A stretch of DNA of 64,000 nt from Candidatus Parcubacteria bacterium (lineage in GTDB: Bacteria; Patescibacteriota; Patescibacteriia; UBA1558; GWA2-36-10): positions 390 through 64,389 of the forward strand of contig JABHSK010000007.1 in assembly GCA_018669975.1 (NCBI GenBank), given 5' to 3'. The position numbers were made by a program, and so were the translations under genes. The notes below the pieces were generated by a model that was not told the DNA's origin, searched no databases, and worked only from the letters and a program-made list of their open reading frames with translations. Shown in pieces: positions 18,670 to 28,301 of this stretch. Position 1 is the first letter of the stretch. Each line of letters begins with the position of its first letter.

Positions 18670-20175
18670 ATGACAAAATACGAGACAATAATTGGTTTAG
18701 AGATTCACTTACAGCTTAAGACTAAGACTAAGATGTTTTGTAATTGTTCTAATGATGGAGAGAATCAAAAACCCAATAGTGTGGTTTGTCCGATTTGCTT
18801 AGGGCACCCTGGAACATTGCCAACTGTTAATAAAGAGGCGGTTAAACAGGGCATGGCTATGGCTCTAGCATTAAGTTGCAAAATAAATACTCAATCAAAA
18901 TTTGATAGAAAGAATTATTTTTATCCAGACCTGCCCAAGGGTTATCAAATATCACAATTTGATGAACCGTTGGCGCATGATGGACATCTGGTGATAGAGT
19001 TGGGAGATAAGAATTGGAAGATAGGTATTGAGCGTCTGCATTTAGAAGAGGATGCTGCTAAAAATATTCATAGCACTGGTCAGACCCTAGTTGATTTTAA
19101 TAGAGGTGGAACACCACTGGCTGAGATTGTTACTAAGCCTGATTTTCGTTATCCAGAACAAGCTAAGGTATTTTTACAGGAGTTAAGGTTAATGGCTCGA
19201 TATTTGGGGGTTAGTGATGCTGATATGGAAAAAGGGCATATGCGTTGTGATGCCAATATATCTCTTAGACCACAGGGTGAAGATAAGCTTTATGAAAAGA
19301 TTGAGGTTAAAAATCTTAATTCTTTCAAGGCTGTAGAAAAAGCTTTATTTTTTGAAGAAGCTAGGCAGACCAAGTTGTGGGATAAGAAAAAACAACCTGA
19401 GAAGACTGAAACTCGTGGTTGGGATGAAGCTAAGCAAGAAACTGTTTTGCAGAGGACCAAAGAGGGCTTTGCAGACTATAGGTATTTTCCAGAGCCAGAT
19501 TTACCGCCCTTGATAATTAGTGAAAAATTATTGATTGAAGTTAAAGCCTCTATTCCTGAATTGCCCGCGGCTAAGAAGAATCGTTTAAGTAAGGAGTATG
19601 GACTCATTGCTGATGATGCTAGGATTCTAGTAGCCCAAAGACATTGGGCTGATTATTACGAGGGTATAATGTCAGATCTTAGAGCTTGGCTATTTAAGAC
19701 AAAGGGTGTGGCAGAGGATACAGATAAGGCTGCTGAGTTGTGGGTTGAGCATCGAGGTAAGTTGGCCAAGTTAACTTTTAATTGGCTAACTAGTGAGTTA
19801 TTTGGTTTAACGGGTACTAATTTTAAATTTGAGGATCTGAAAATCAGTGCTGAAAATATGGCTGAATTACTCAAGATGATTTATAGACAAAAGATTAACT
19901 CTTCAGCTGCTCAGACAGTTCTCAAGGAAATGTACGAAACTGGCGGTGATCCTTCAGCTATTGCCGAGGACAAGGATTTAGCGCAAATAGATGATGATAG
20001 TACTATAGAAGACTTGGTAATCAAGGTAATTATGACCAATACAGCCCAGGTAGAGGAGTACAAGGCTGGCAAGGAGGCAGTGCTCAAATATTTAGTTGGT
20101 ATGGTCATGAAAGAGAGTAAGGGTAGTGCTAATCCGCAGAAAGTAGAACAGATTTTAAAGCAAAAATTGCAATAA
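18670..20175 (+). CDS. gatB: Asp/Glu-tRNA amidotransferase subunit B
   Basis: IGLEIHLQL, FDRKNYFYPDLPKGYQISQ, RCDANIS, YRYFPEPDLPP. Confidence 0.97.
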   Translation: MTKYETIIGLEIHLQLKTKTKMFCNCSNDGENQKPNSVVCPICLGHPGTLPTVNKEAVKQGMAMALALSCKINTQSKFDRKNYFYPDLPKGYQISQFDEPLAHDGHLVIELGDKNWKIGIERLHLEEDAAKNIHSTGQTLVDFNRGGTPLAEIVTKPDFRYPEQAKVFLQELRLMARYLGVSDADMEKGHMRCDANISLRPQGEDKLYEKIEVKNLNSFKAVEKALFFEEARQTKLWDKKKQPEKTETRGWDEAKQETVLQRTKEGFADYRYFPEPDLPPLIISEKLLIEVKASIPELPAAKKNRLSKEYGLIADDARILVAQRHWADYYEGIMSDLRAWLFKTKGVAEDTDKAAELWVEHRGKLAKLTFNWLTSELFGLTGTNFKFEDLKISAENMAELLKMIYRQKINSSAAQTVLKEMYETGGDPSAIAEDKDLAQIDDDSTIEDLVIKVIMTNTAQVEEYKAGKEAVLKYLVGMVMKESKGSANPQKVEQILKQKLQ

Positions 20176-20233
20176 ATAGACTATTTAAAGGTAAAAATAA
20201 AGAAAACCCCCATTTTATGGGGGTTTTAAGGTA

Positions 20234-20338
20234 TTGACAAAAATTAAAAAGTATGTTATGATGTTCTATCAACTGCGGACTCCGTTATCTAATTAGAGAG
20301 ACGGACAAGCCGGGTTGATGTAAGAACCTTTCAAAACT
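20234..20338 (+). promoter_or_regulatory. Promoter, structured 5' leader and GAACCTTTCAAAA motif
   Basis: TTGACA-17-TATGAT; nested stems ATCAAC/GTTGAT, TCCGT/ACGGA, TCT-AATT-AGA. Confidence 0.55.
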
Positions 20339-20371
20339 TTTTCATCACACACTCTTCTCAGGAGGAAGAAC

Positions 20372-20656
20372 ATGCACAACGTGATCAATCACTGCGAATT
20401 GTACCGGGAAGTCCAGGGCAGCATGGATACCGCTGATTTCCAGGAGGCCGTCATGACCCGTGCCGGCGAGATCGTCGAAGCGGCCAAGAACGGCCAGACC
20501 AGTGATCCGCACAACCTGCGCGGCGTCGAGATCGTTGCCTGGTCCGTGGCACAGCATGTGCTCAACGAAGGTGCCCGTCAGATCGCCAGCGACCTCGGTG
20601 TCGAGATCGATCGGCTCAAGCGCCAGGCGTCCAGCCAGCACATCTCGTCCTGCTAG
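20372..20656 (+). CDS. Hypothetical protein, very GC-rich
   Basis: AGGAGG SD; strong G/C third-position bias in this frame. Confidence 0.7.
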   Translation: MHNVINHCELYREVQGSMDTADFQEAVMTRAGEIVEAAKNGQTSDPHNLRGVEIVAWSVAQHVLNEGARQIASDLGVEIDRLKRQASSQHISSC

Positions 20657-20704
20657 TCCGGATTCGTCCGGGTATCACATCCTGAGTTAGACATCAAGTC
20701 CGTG

Positions 20705-20737
20705 GGGACGGCGATCTCTCGCCGTCCTCTTTTTTTT
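20705..20737 (+). terminator. Intrinsic terminator inside a two-gene unit
   Basis: GGGACGGCGA-TCTC-TCGCCGTCCT followed by a T run. Confidence 0.75.
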
Positions 20738-20753
20738 CAAGGAGGCGCAGACA

Positions 20754-21398
20754 TTGTTTTTTGAAAACAGGACTGATGCTGGTAAGCACCTTGCTCGAAC
20801 TGTACTTGACTCCGGACGTGATTTTTCCGGATTCGAAGTGGTCGGTTTGGCTCGAGGTGGCGTGCCAGTGGCTGAGCCTATTGCTCAGGCTCTGAGCTTG
20901 CCGCTCAAGGCCATGTGTATCGATGATCTTCTGGTCGACGGTTCCAAGTTGGTTTGCACGACCTCTGGTCATGGCTTGCTTTACAAGTTGAGTCGTCCGG
21001 TCGAAGGTACGCAAAAAGTCGATATGGCTCCGCGTTGGATCGAGGACAGTAGTCAGCTGGAATTGACGGGCTTGTCCGAGTTCCTGAGCGAGTTGCAACG
21101 TCGTGAACTGATGTACAACAATGGCCAGGCTTTCCAGCCTGGCATTAAGGTGCTCTTGGTCGACGACGGACTCGTTAGTGGTACAACCATCAAGGTGGCA
21201 GTTCAGGCTCTGCGTCAGCAGGGCGTCGAAGAGATCGTAGTAGCGATACCTGTGGTCCTGCCCTGGACTCAGAACGCTAAGCTCGATTTCGAGTTGATCA
21301 CCTGGAGAGTGTCCACGATGAAGAATGCCGCAACTGGCATGTTTTACTTTGAGTTCGGGGATACACCCGATCAGCAGGTTATGGCCGCCACGGCCTAA
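20754..21398 (+). CDS. Type I phosphoribosyltransferase
   Basis: FENRTDAG..LA, GLARGGVPVA, VLLVDDGLVSGTT. Confidence 0.88.
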   Translation: MFFENRTDAGKHLARTVLDSGRDFSGFEVVGLARGGVPVAEPIAQALSLPLKAMCIDDLLVDGSKLVCTTSGHGLLYKLSRPVEGTQKVDMAPRWIEDSSQLELTGLSEFLSELQRRELMYNNGQAFQPGIKVLLVDDGLVSGTTIKVAVQALRQQGVEEIVVAIPVVLPWTQNAKLDFELITWRVSTMKNAATGMFYFEFGDTPDQQVMAATA

Positions 21399-21441
21399 AC
21401 CTCACAAAGTAAAGAGCACCCACTCCGGTGGGTGCTCATTT

Positions 21442-23466
21442 TTATTTGTTCAAAAATTGTTTTAGTAACTTGTTGGCCGTAGCTGGTCCTTTATTCCAAT
21501 GAATTTTGACCCCTTGTTTTTCCATGCGTCGGAACCAGGTTAGTTGCCGTTTAGCATAGTGCCTAGTATTTTGCTTGATTTTATCAATGGCTTTTTCTAG
21601 GTTTATTTTTTTATCTAAATACTCTATGATTTCCCGATAACCAATACCTGATAGGGCAGGTAGTTTTTTGTTGGGGTATTTTTTGTAGATTTTTTTAACT
21701 TCATCAATTGATCCGTCATCTACCATGCGTTCGACTCTGGTGTTTATTTTTTTGTATAATTTTTCTCGATTTGGATCAATGCCAAAGACGATAAAGTCGT
21801 ATGGACATTCTCTGAGCTGAGGATTCGTCGGGTGTAGGTCATAGTTTTGTATAATTGAACAAATATATAGACCAGTGCCACCAGCGATGATTGGTAGCTT
21901 GCCCTTTATTACAATTTTTTCAATAGTTTTAAAAGCGGTTTGTTGCCAGTTATAGAGATTAAATTCTTGATTAGGTCTAACGATATCAAGTAGATGATGG
22001 GGGATGCCCTGCATTTCTTGTTTAGTAATTTTGTTGCTGGCAATATCCATACCCTTATATATTTGGCGGGAGTCTGAAGAAAGTATTTCGCCGTTAAATT
22101 TTTTAGCTAACTCTACGGCTAAGTCAGACTTACCCGCTGCGGTTGGTCCTAGTACTACGGCTATCTTCGGTTTTTTGTACAATTCAGCTTTATATCCCCA
22201 GTGCATGGTTTTTATTAATTTTACTTTATAAAACTCACCAACTTTCAGAGGCTGTTTAGTTTTTGTATGAGCAGCTATATAATTTGATAGTTTGCCGATG
22301 TTGAGGTAACCGCCCTCTGTTTTTTTGACAACATCTATTAACACTTCTCTGGTTTGTCCTAATAATTTTTTATTGAAGGCTGCAGATTGTTTTGATAGCA
22401 ACGAATCTAGTTTTTGCCAGCGTAGTTTTTTTTCAGCTTTAGTGACGTCATCTTTATATAGTTTGGTTGCAGCTGTGCCAGTTCGAGCAGAGTATTGTGA
22501 AATATAAGCCATGTTATATTTTATGTCAGTAAATAATTTAGCCGTAGCTTGAAAGTCTTTTTTGGTTTCAGAACAGAAGCCAACTATAATATCAGTAGAT
22601 ATAGTAATATCTGGCATGGCTTGGCGTATTTTTTTTATTAGCTTTTTGTAATGAGCTACAGTATAATGGCGGTTCATTTTTTTAAGAATCTTGTTTGATC
22701 CAGCTTGAACAGGCAAGTGTAGATAATCATTTAGATTTTTACATTCGCTCATAACTTTTATTAGCTTGTCGGACATATCGTAGGGGTGGCTGGTTAAAAA
22801 TTTTAGCCAAAAGTTGTCACCTAAAGTATCAATTTTTTTTAATAGATCAGGAAAATTAATTTCACCTTTGATATCTCTTCCATAGCTATTTACATTTTGT
22901 CCCAACAAAACAATTTCTTTATAACCCTGTTGGAGTAAACCTTCTACTTCTTTGATTATATGTTTAGCAGGTCGTGAAGTTTCTCGTCCACGAGTATAAG
23001 GGACAACACAGTAGGAGCAAAATTTATTACAGCCAGTCATAATTGGTACATAGGCTCTATAGTTTGACTGGTAATCAGGTTGAATATCAAAAAAATCTGG
23101 TAGAGCTAGTTTTTGTTGCGGTTTTATGTTCTGTAGATCGTCTGCTAGATTGTGCAGTTGCTTGATGTCTATAAATAAATCAAATTTATCTTGCAATTTT
23201 TTCTTATCTCTATCTAAAACACAACCTGATAGCAAGGTTATTAGAGGTCGCTTTTCTTTGACTAGTTGCCAGTTGCGTAATTTGCCGTACATGCGGTCAG
23301 CAGCAGCTTGTCGCACAGAGCAGGCTATGACACCGATTAGGTCAGCTTGGGATTCGTCATCGGTTTCTTGGTAGCCGAGCTGTTTGAGAACAGCGGCTAG
23401 TCTTTCAGCATCAGAATAGTTCATCTGGCAGCCAAATATAATCAAATGGAATTTCTTGGTTTTCAT
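21442..23466 (-). CDS. miaB: MiaB-MiaA fusion (tRNA methylthiotransferase plus dimethylallyltransferase)
   Basis: GCQMNYSD, GCNKFCSYCVVPYTRG and TRAM-like region, then GPTAAGKS, DSRQIYKGMDI, GGTGLY, YAKRQLTWF. Confidence 0.92.
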   Translation of the reverse strand: MKTKKFHLIIFGCQMNYSDAERLAAVLKQLGYQETDDESQADLIGVIACSVRQAAADRMYGKLRNWQLVKEKRPLITLLSGCVLDRDKKKLQDKFDLFIDIKQLHNLADDLQNIKPQQKLALPDFFDIQPDYQSNYRAYVPIMTGCNKFCSYCVVPYTRGRETSRPAKHIIKEVEGLLQQGYKEIVLLGQNVNSYGRDIKGEINFPDLLKKIDTLGDNFWLKFLTSHPYDMSDKLIKVMSECKNLNDYLHLPVQAGSNKILKKMNRHYTVAHYKKLIKKIRQAMPDITISTDIIVGFCSETKKDFQATAKLFTDIKYNMAYISQYSARTGTAATKLYKDDVTKAEKKLRWQKLDSLLSKQSAAFNKKLLGQTREVLIDVVKKTEGGYLNIGKLSNYIAAHTKTKQPLKVGEFYKVKLIKTMHWGYKAELYKKPKIAVVLGPTAAGKSDLAVELAKKFNGEILSSDSRQIYKGMDIASNKITKQEMQGIPHHLLDIVRPNQEFNLYNWQQTAFKTIEKIVIKGKLPIIAGGTGLYICSIIQNYDLHPTNPQLRECPYDFIVFGIDPNREKLYKKINTRVERMVDDGSIDEVKKIYKKYPNKKLPALSGIGYREIIEYLDKKINLEKAIDKIKQNTRHYAKRQLTWFRRMEKQGVKIHWNKGPATANKLLKQFLNK

Positions 23467-23543
23467 AGATAATATTGTAGCTATTTTTTAGCAGATAGTA
23501 AAGCGCGCGCCCGTAGTACGGGCGCGCGCATGTATATTTTTTA

Positions 23544-24773
23544 TTAACGATTAAAATCGCGCTGTTGTTGTGGTGTTAAGCTTGGGCTAGGTGCAGGAGG
23601 AGTAACATCTGTTCTCCTGTCTCTAATTTCTTTTAGCATAACAGGGTCGGTTCTAAATGAGTTTTCTAAACTACGTAATTTTTGTACATCGGTAGTAGCT
23701 TGTATTTTTGCTCTGACACCCTGACTTTGCTCTTCTAGTAAAGTCTTTACCTTGCCTTTAAGATTGTCAGGCACCTCTATTGTTTGTAAAAATCTCATGT
23801 ATTCTGGATGAGTCCTAGTGTCAAATTCGTTTAAAAATTTTCTTTTTCCTTCATCACTTAAGTTTTCGAATCTTTGTCGTAATCTTTCACTGTAGCTCTG
23901 CGCAACATTGGAAATAGTATTTTTTACATTGCTGGGTAATTTTTCAGTTTCTTGTAATGTGTTAACAAATTTTTGTTTAACAACTGGGGCTAAATTAATT
24001 TTTTCAATGTATTGTTCTACTTTGGCGGCATCTTCTGGTTTAGCATTTTTTAGTTTTTCAGCTAACCGTGCTCGAGCAGCATCTTTAACAGACTCTAGGT
24101 TGGCTTTAACATCTTCTGGTACCACGTCTTCTAGTTCAGCTACGGTAGCTAAATTTTTAAATTGTTGTAATTTGCTGCCAGTATTTTTTTGTTCAATAAC
24201 TTTTTCCAATCTAGCAGCTATTTGTTCTTTGTTGCTATTGTACCAACGTAGGGCGTTTTCCTTTCTAATGTTTTCTAATTTTTCTGCTACGTCAGTTGGA
24301 ACCTTATCAGACACTTCACGGAGTAATTGTAAATGGTCAAATTCGGTCTGGTCTACTTTTTCCATGATTGTGTTGCGCACCTCGGCGTTATTCTGTATAC
24401 GGTTAGATAGTTTTTCTTTTATTTTTTTATAACGCTCTAGAGTTTTATTTAAGTGTTCAGTGGCATTGGGATTTTTGTTGATGATTTGTTTGGCCTCTAA
24501 TAATAATTGGCTAGAGTATTTTTGTTCTTTGGTGGCTTTTTTGACATCGTCAAAAGTGAAAAACAAATCAACATTTCTTTTTACATTTTGCCACCAATAA
24601 CCACCGTCACCTTCAGTGGTGCTAGGCTCTTCTACGTTTAATTTCATAGCAGTTATTTCATCAACTGCTAGTTCCTGACTAACTACACTTTCATCCTGAG
24701 CTTGAGCTAGAGGAGTTGCTATAAAAAACAAGCCCAATATAGCAGTTAGACTAATTAGTTTAAAAGTTATCAT
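23544..24773 (-). CDS. Secreted helical protein (DUF5667-like)
   Basis: Signal peptide ending AQA; YWWQNVKRNVDLFFTFD..KKA. Confidence 0.65.
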   Translation of the reverse strand: MITFKLISLTAILGLFFIATPLAQAQDESVVSQELAVDEITAMKLNVEEPSTTEGDGGYWWQNVKRNVDLFFTFDDVKKATKEQKYSSQLLLEAKQIINKNPNATEHLNKTLERYKKIKEKLSNRIQNNAEVRNTIMEKVDQTEFDHLQLLREVSDKVPTDVAEKLENIRKENALRWYNSNKEQIAARLEKVIEQKNTGSKLQQFKNLATVAELEDVVPEDVKANLESVKDAARARLAEKLKNAKPEDAAKVEQYIEKINLAPVVKQKFVNTLQETEKLPSNVKNTISNVAQSYSERLRQRFENLSDEGKRKFLNEFDTRTHPEYMRFLQTIEVPDNLKGKVKTLLEEQSQGVRAKIQATTDVQKLRSLENSFRTDPVMLKEIRDRRTDVTPPAPSPSLTPQQQRDFNR

Positions 24774-24834
24774 ATGTTTACTTTAATTATTATTTAGTAG
24801 TTTACTAAAATAAATTATAGCATTTTTTGAGTTT

Positions 24835-26253
24835 TTATAAAACTTCGTTGTCGTGAGAGTTAGACTCTCTAATGCCTGAATTAGTGATACGAATAAATTC
24901 AGCATTTTTACGTAGCTCTTCTAGGTTACGAGCATTACCATAGCTCATACCAGAGCGTAGACCACCAATATATTGATTGATAATATTTTGTACTGGGCCA
25001 CGATAGGGGACGCGAGCCTCTACGCCCTCGGGGGTTATCTCAGCTAACTTTTCTTTAGCATCAGGTCTAGATAGTGCAGCGGTGAGTGAGGCCATGCCAC
25101 GAGAAATTTTGTGTTGTCTACCTCGATAAGTAATTACTGGGCCAGGTGTTTCTTTGGTTCCAGAAAATTGACCGCCCATCATAACAGTGTCTGCACCAGC
25201 AGCCAATGCTTTGACTAGATCTCCTGGTTGTTTGACACCACCGTCAGCATTCACTGGTATTTGATGTTTTTGGCAGACACGTGAAACATTGAATATGGCA
25301 GTTAGTTGAGGAATGCCAAAGCCGGTAGTTGTCCTGGTAGTGCAAATAGAACCAGGGCCAATGCCAACCTTAACAGCATCTACACCAGCTTTGATAAGGT
25401 CGCTAGCTGCTTTGGCGGTAGCTATATTGCCACCAATCAATTCAACACTTGGGTAGCGAGTCTTTATTTTAGCGATAGCATCCAATTCGTTATCTGAGTG
25501 TCCATGGGCAATGTCCAGTACCAGTACATCAGCTTCGGCTCTAATCAAAGATTCTGCCCTAGTCATAAAATCATCACGTACACCAATGGCCGCACCAACC
25601 AAAAGTCGGCCTTTGCTATCTTTGCTAGCATTAACATTATTATAGTTTTTGACAATATCAGTAGCAGTAATTAATCCTTTGATTTTGAATTCGTCGTCAA
25701 CTAAAGGTAATTTTTCCACTTTATTATTATTCATTAGTTCACGAGCTTTTTCAGGGCCGATATTGTATGGTGCAGTGATTAATTGACTCTTTGGGGTCAT
25801 TAATTCCCGAACCAATGTTTTGTCATCTTTGGCAAAGATAGTGTCGCGATGTGTCAAAATACCTAAAAGAACCTGGCTATTATCAGTCACTAAAAAACTT
25901 TTGCAGTTGAATTCTTTTATTTTTTCTTTGACTTCAGTTAAAGTATTTTGCGGGCTGACGATAAAAGGATTGTCAATTACAATATTTTGTTTTCGTTTTA
26001 CTTTAGCTACCTCCTTAGCTTGGTCGTCAATACTACAAAAGCGATGAATAATACCAATGCCGCCAGCTAGTGACATAGCGATGGCCATTTGACTTTCCGT
26101 GACAGTGTCCATATTTGCACTGACCAGAGGTATTTTAAGATTAATGTTACGAGATAATTTGCAGGCGGTATCCACTTCACGTCGTGATTGGATACTAGAT
26201 TTTTTGGGCACTAACAAAACATCATCGTAGGTTAGAGCTGTTTTGATGGTCAT
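24835..26253 (-). CDS. guaB: IMP dehydrogenase with CBS domains
   Basis: [36 protein letters not shown] (GMP reductase not excluded). Confidence 0.88.
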   Translation of the reverse strand: MTIKTALTYDDVLLVPKKSSIQSRREVDTACKLSRNINLKIPLVSANMDTVTESQMAIAMSLAGGIGIIHRFCSIDDQAKEVAKVKRKQNIVIDNPFIVSPQNTLTEVKEKIKEFNCKSFLVTDNSQVLLGILTHRDTIFAKDDKTLVRELMTPKSQLITAPYNIGPEKARELMNNNKVEKLPLVDDEFKIKGLITATDIVKNYNNVNASKDSKGRLLVGAAIGVRDDFMTRAESLIRAEADVLVLDIAHGHSDNELDAIAKIKTRYPSVELIGGNIATAKAASDLIKAGVDAVKVGIGPGSICTTRTTTGFGIPQLTAIFNVSRVCQKHQIPVNADGGVKQPGDLVKALAAGADTVMMGGQFSGTKETPGPVITYRGRQHKISRGMASLTAALSRPDAKEKLAEITPEGVEARVPYRGPVQNIINQYIGGLRSGMSYGNARNLEELRKNAEFIRITNSGIRESNSHDNEVL

Positions 26254-26270
26254 AGTTTTTTCAATATTAA

Positions 26271-28037
26271 TTACAAGAGTTCTAATTCACGATTTTGGAT
26301 GTTTGTTTTTATTTTTGAGATAAATTCTTTTTTATCTATATTTAATAAGTCTTGTTTACCACGCACTCTGACAGCCAATTGATCAGATCCCATTTCTTTA
26401 TCACCAATGACTAGTGTGTAAGGCATTTTTTCTTTAGCTGATTTACGTATTTTATTGCCGACTGTTTCAGCTGAGTCATCTACTTCAACACGAATGCTTT
26501 GTGTTTGAAATTCTTCAGCTAATTTTTTGGAAAATTTTATATGACCTTCGCCAACAGTGATTATCTTGACCTGGGTAGGGGATAACCATAGGGGCATATT
26601 GCCAGAGTAATGTTCGATAAGAAACGCTATAACCCTTTCTAGGGCGCCGACGGATGATCTGTGAATAACAATAGCCTTTTTTTCTTTGTTATTTTTGTCA
26701 GTATAGATTAGGTTGAATCTTTCTGGCATGACAAAGTCATATTGGACGGTAAAAGCTGTATCTTCTTTGCCCATGACATTTTTCATTTGAATATCTATTT
26801 TAGGACCATAGAAAGATGCTTCATCTGGTGCTTCCACAAAGTCGCGTTTCATATTTTTGAGAACTTGTCGTAAAACATCTTCGGCCTGATCCCACGCCTT
26901 GTCATCTTTATAATATTTTTTATCATCTTGACGATTACCCAAAGACAGGCGGTAGCTGAAATCCTGACCAAATTTTAGACCAAAAGTATCAGAGATATAC
27001 TCGATTAGGTCCAAAGCGCCGGCAACCTCTTGTTTTGCTTGTTCAACATCTGCACAAATAATATGCGCGTCAGCCAAACAAAAGCTACGAACCCTCATTA
27101 ATCCAGACAATTCTCCAGATTGTTCATAGCGGTATAATTTTGCTAGTTCGGCAATACGCATCGGTAGATCTCGGTAGCTTTTTGGTTTGCTTGAATATAG
27201 TTCAAAGTGGTGTGGGCATGACATTGGTCGGAGCATGAATTCCTCGTCATCAATTTTTATAGGAGCGTACATAGAATCTTTGTAGTATGGATAGTGCCCT
27301 GATTTTTTGTATAAATCAATCTTGGCAATATCAGGAGTGTAGACATGTTGATAGCCACGTTTTATTTCTTCGTCGACTATAAAATTTTCTAGTTCTCTAC
27401 GGATAGTCGCACCCTTGGCAGTCCATAGAGGAAGGCCTTTGCCGACTACATCAGAAAAAGTAAACAGGTCTAGCTCTTTTCCTATTTTGCGATGGTCTCT
27501 TAGTTTGGCCTGCTCCAACATCTCTAGATGTGCTTCTAATTCTTCTTTATTTTCAAAGGCTACACCATAGATACGAGTAAGCATGGGATTTTTTTCGTCA
27601 CCACGCCAATAGGCCCCAGCTACATGAGTTAGCTTGAAGGCATGGGGATTTATTTCAGATGTGTCTTTGACATGTGGTCCAGCACAGAGGTCAGAGAAAT
27701 CACCAGACTCATAAAAACTAATTTCTTCAGCTGCTGGTAAATCGTTTATAAGTTCAACTTTGAAATCTTCATCCTTAACTTTGTCTAGGGCTTGTTTTTT
27801 GTCCATGACAGTTTTGGTAAAGGCAGTTTTTTGTTGGATGATTTTCTTCATTTGCTTTTCCAACCTTGGTAAGTCTGTATCAGATAGTTTGTCTGGTAAA
27901 AGAAAATCATAATAAAAGCCATTATCAATAGTTGGTCCAATACCTAGTTTGGTATCAGGAAATTTTTTGAGTACAGCCATAGCCATAATATGTGACAGTG
28001 AATGGCGTATAGCATCAATTTTTTCTTGTTTTGGCAT
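26271..28037 (-). CDS. thrS: Threonine-tRNA ligase
   Basis: RHSLSHIMA, DLCAGPHV, RDHRKIG, RPMSCPHH, FYGPKID, IHRS. Confidence 0.97.
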   Translation of the reverse strand: MPKQEKIDAIRHSLSHIMAMAVLKKFPDTKLGIGPTIDNGFYYDFLLPDKLSDTDLPRLEKQMKKIIQQKTAFTKTVMDKKQALDKVKDEDFKVELINDLPAAEEISFYESGDFSDLCAGPHVKDTSEINPHAFKLTHVAGAYWRGDEKNPMLTRIYGVAFENKEELEAHLEMLEQAKLRDHRKIGKELDLFTFSDVVGKGLPLWTAKGATIRRELENFIVDEEIKRGYQHVYTPDIAKIDLYKKSGHYPYYKDSMYAPIKIDDEEFMLRPMSCPHHFELYSSKPKSYRDLPMRIAELAKLYRYEQSGELSGLMRVRSFCLADAHIICADVEQAKQEVAGALDLIEYISDTFGLKFGQDFSYRLSLGNRQDDKKYYKDDKAWDQAEDVLRQVLKNMKRDFVEAPDEASFYGPKIDIQMKNVMGKEDTAFTVQYDFVMPERFNLIYTDKNNKEKKAIVIHRSSVGALERVIAFLIEHYSGNMPLWLSPTQVKIITVGEGHIKFSKKLAEEFQTQSIRVEVDDSAETVGNKIRKSAKEKMPYTLVIGDKEMGSDQLAVRVRGKQDLLNIDKKEFISKIKTNIQNRELELL

Positions 28038-28057
28038 ATTGTTGTTTAAATTGGGAT

Positions 28058-28225
28058 AAAAAAACCCCAGACTACTTAAGTCTCGGGACCCAGTTTACAC
28101 CAGGCGGTTCCACCCAAGTTGTCCAAATATTACAAAAACTTGGACCACTTTTTTATTCAATTGACTTTAAATTTAGCTCTTTAGAGTCCCAATGGGGAGG
28201 ATAGTTGGTGGCCATCCCAATCATT
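28058..28225 (-). promoter_or_regulatory. T-box riboswitch upstream of thrS
   Basis: AACTTGGGTGGAACCGC T-box (28104-28120), GTCCC antiterminator partner, terminator with T7, ACC specifier in a short hairpin; TTGACA/TATAAT promoter upstream. Confidence 0.85.
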
Positions 28226-28301
28226 TAAAGCATTTATTATTATAGCTTTTTTACAGAAAATGTCAAAGTTTTAAAAACTCCCGGCTAGCCGGGAGTTTTG
28301 T

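Noticed and set aside
6205-20279. Shared 13-mer TATCAACTGCGGA at 6205 and 20267
   Set aside because: Matches of this length are expected by chance in 64 kb, and orientation relative to the transcripts differs
20345-21098. Overlapping alternative ORFs (20345..20641, 20460..20690, 20694..21098)
   Set aside because: Shadow ORFs of GC-rich genes; SD and codon bias support the 20372 and 20754 frames
23503-23529. GCGCGCGCCCGTA-G-TACGGGCGCGCGC inverted repeat as a mobile or REP element
   Set aside because: Single copy at a gene end; best explained as a terminator-type hairpin
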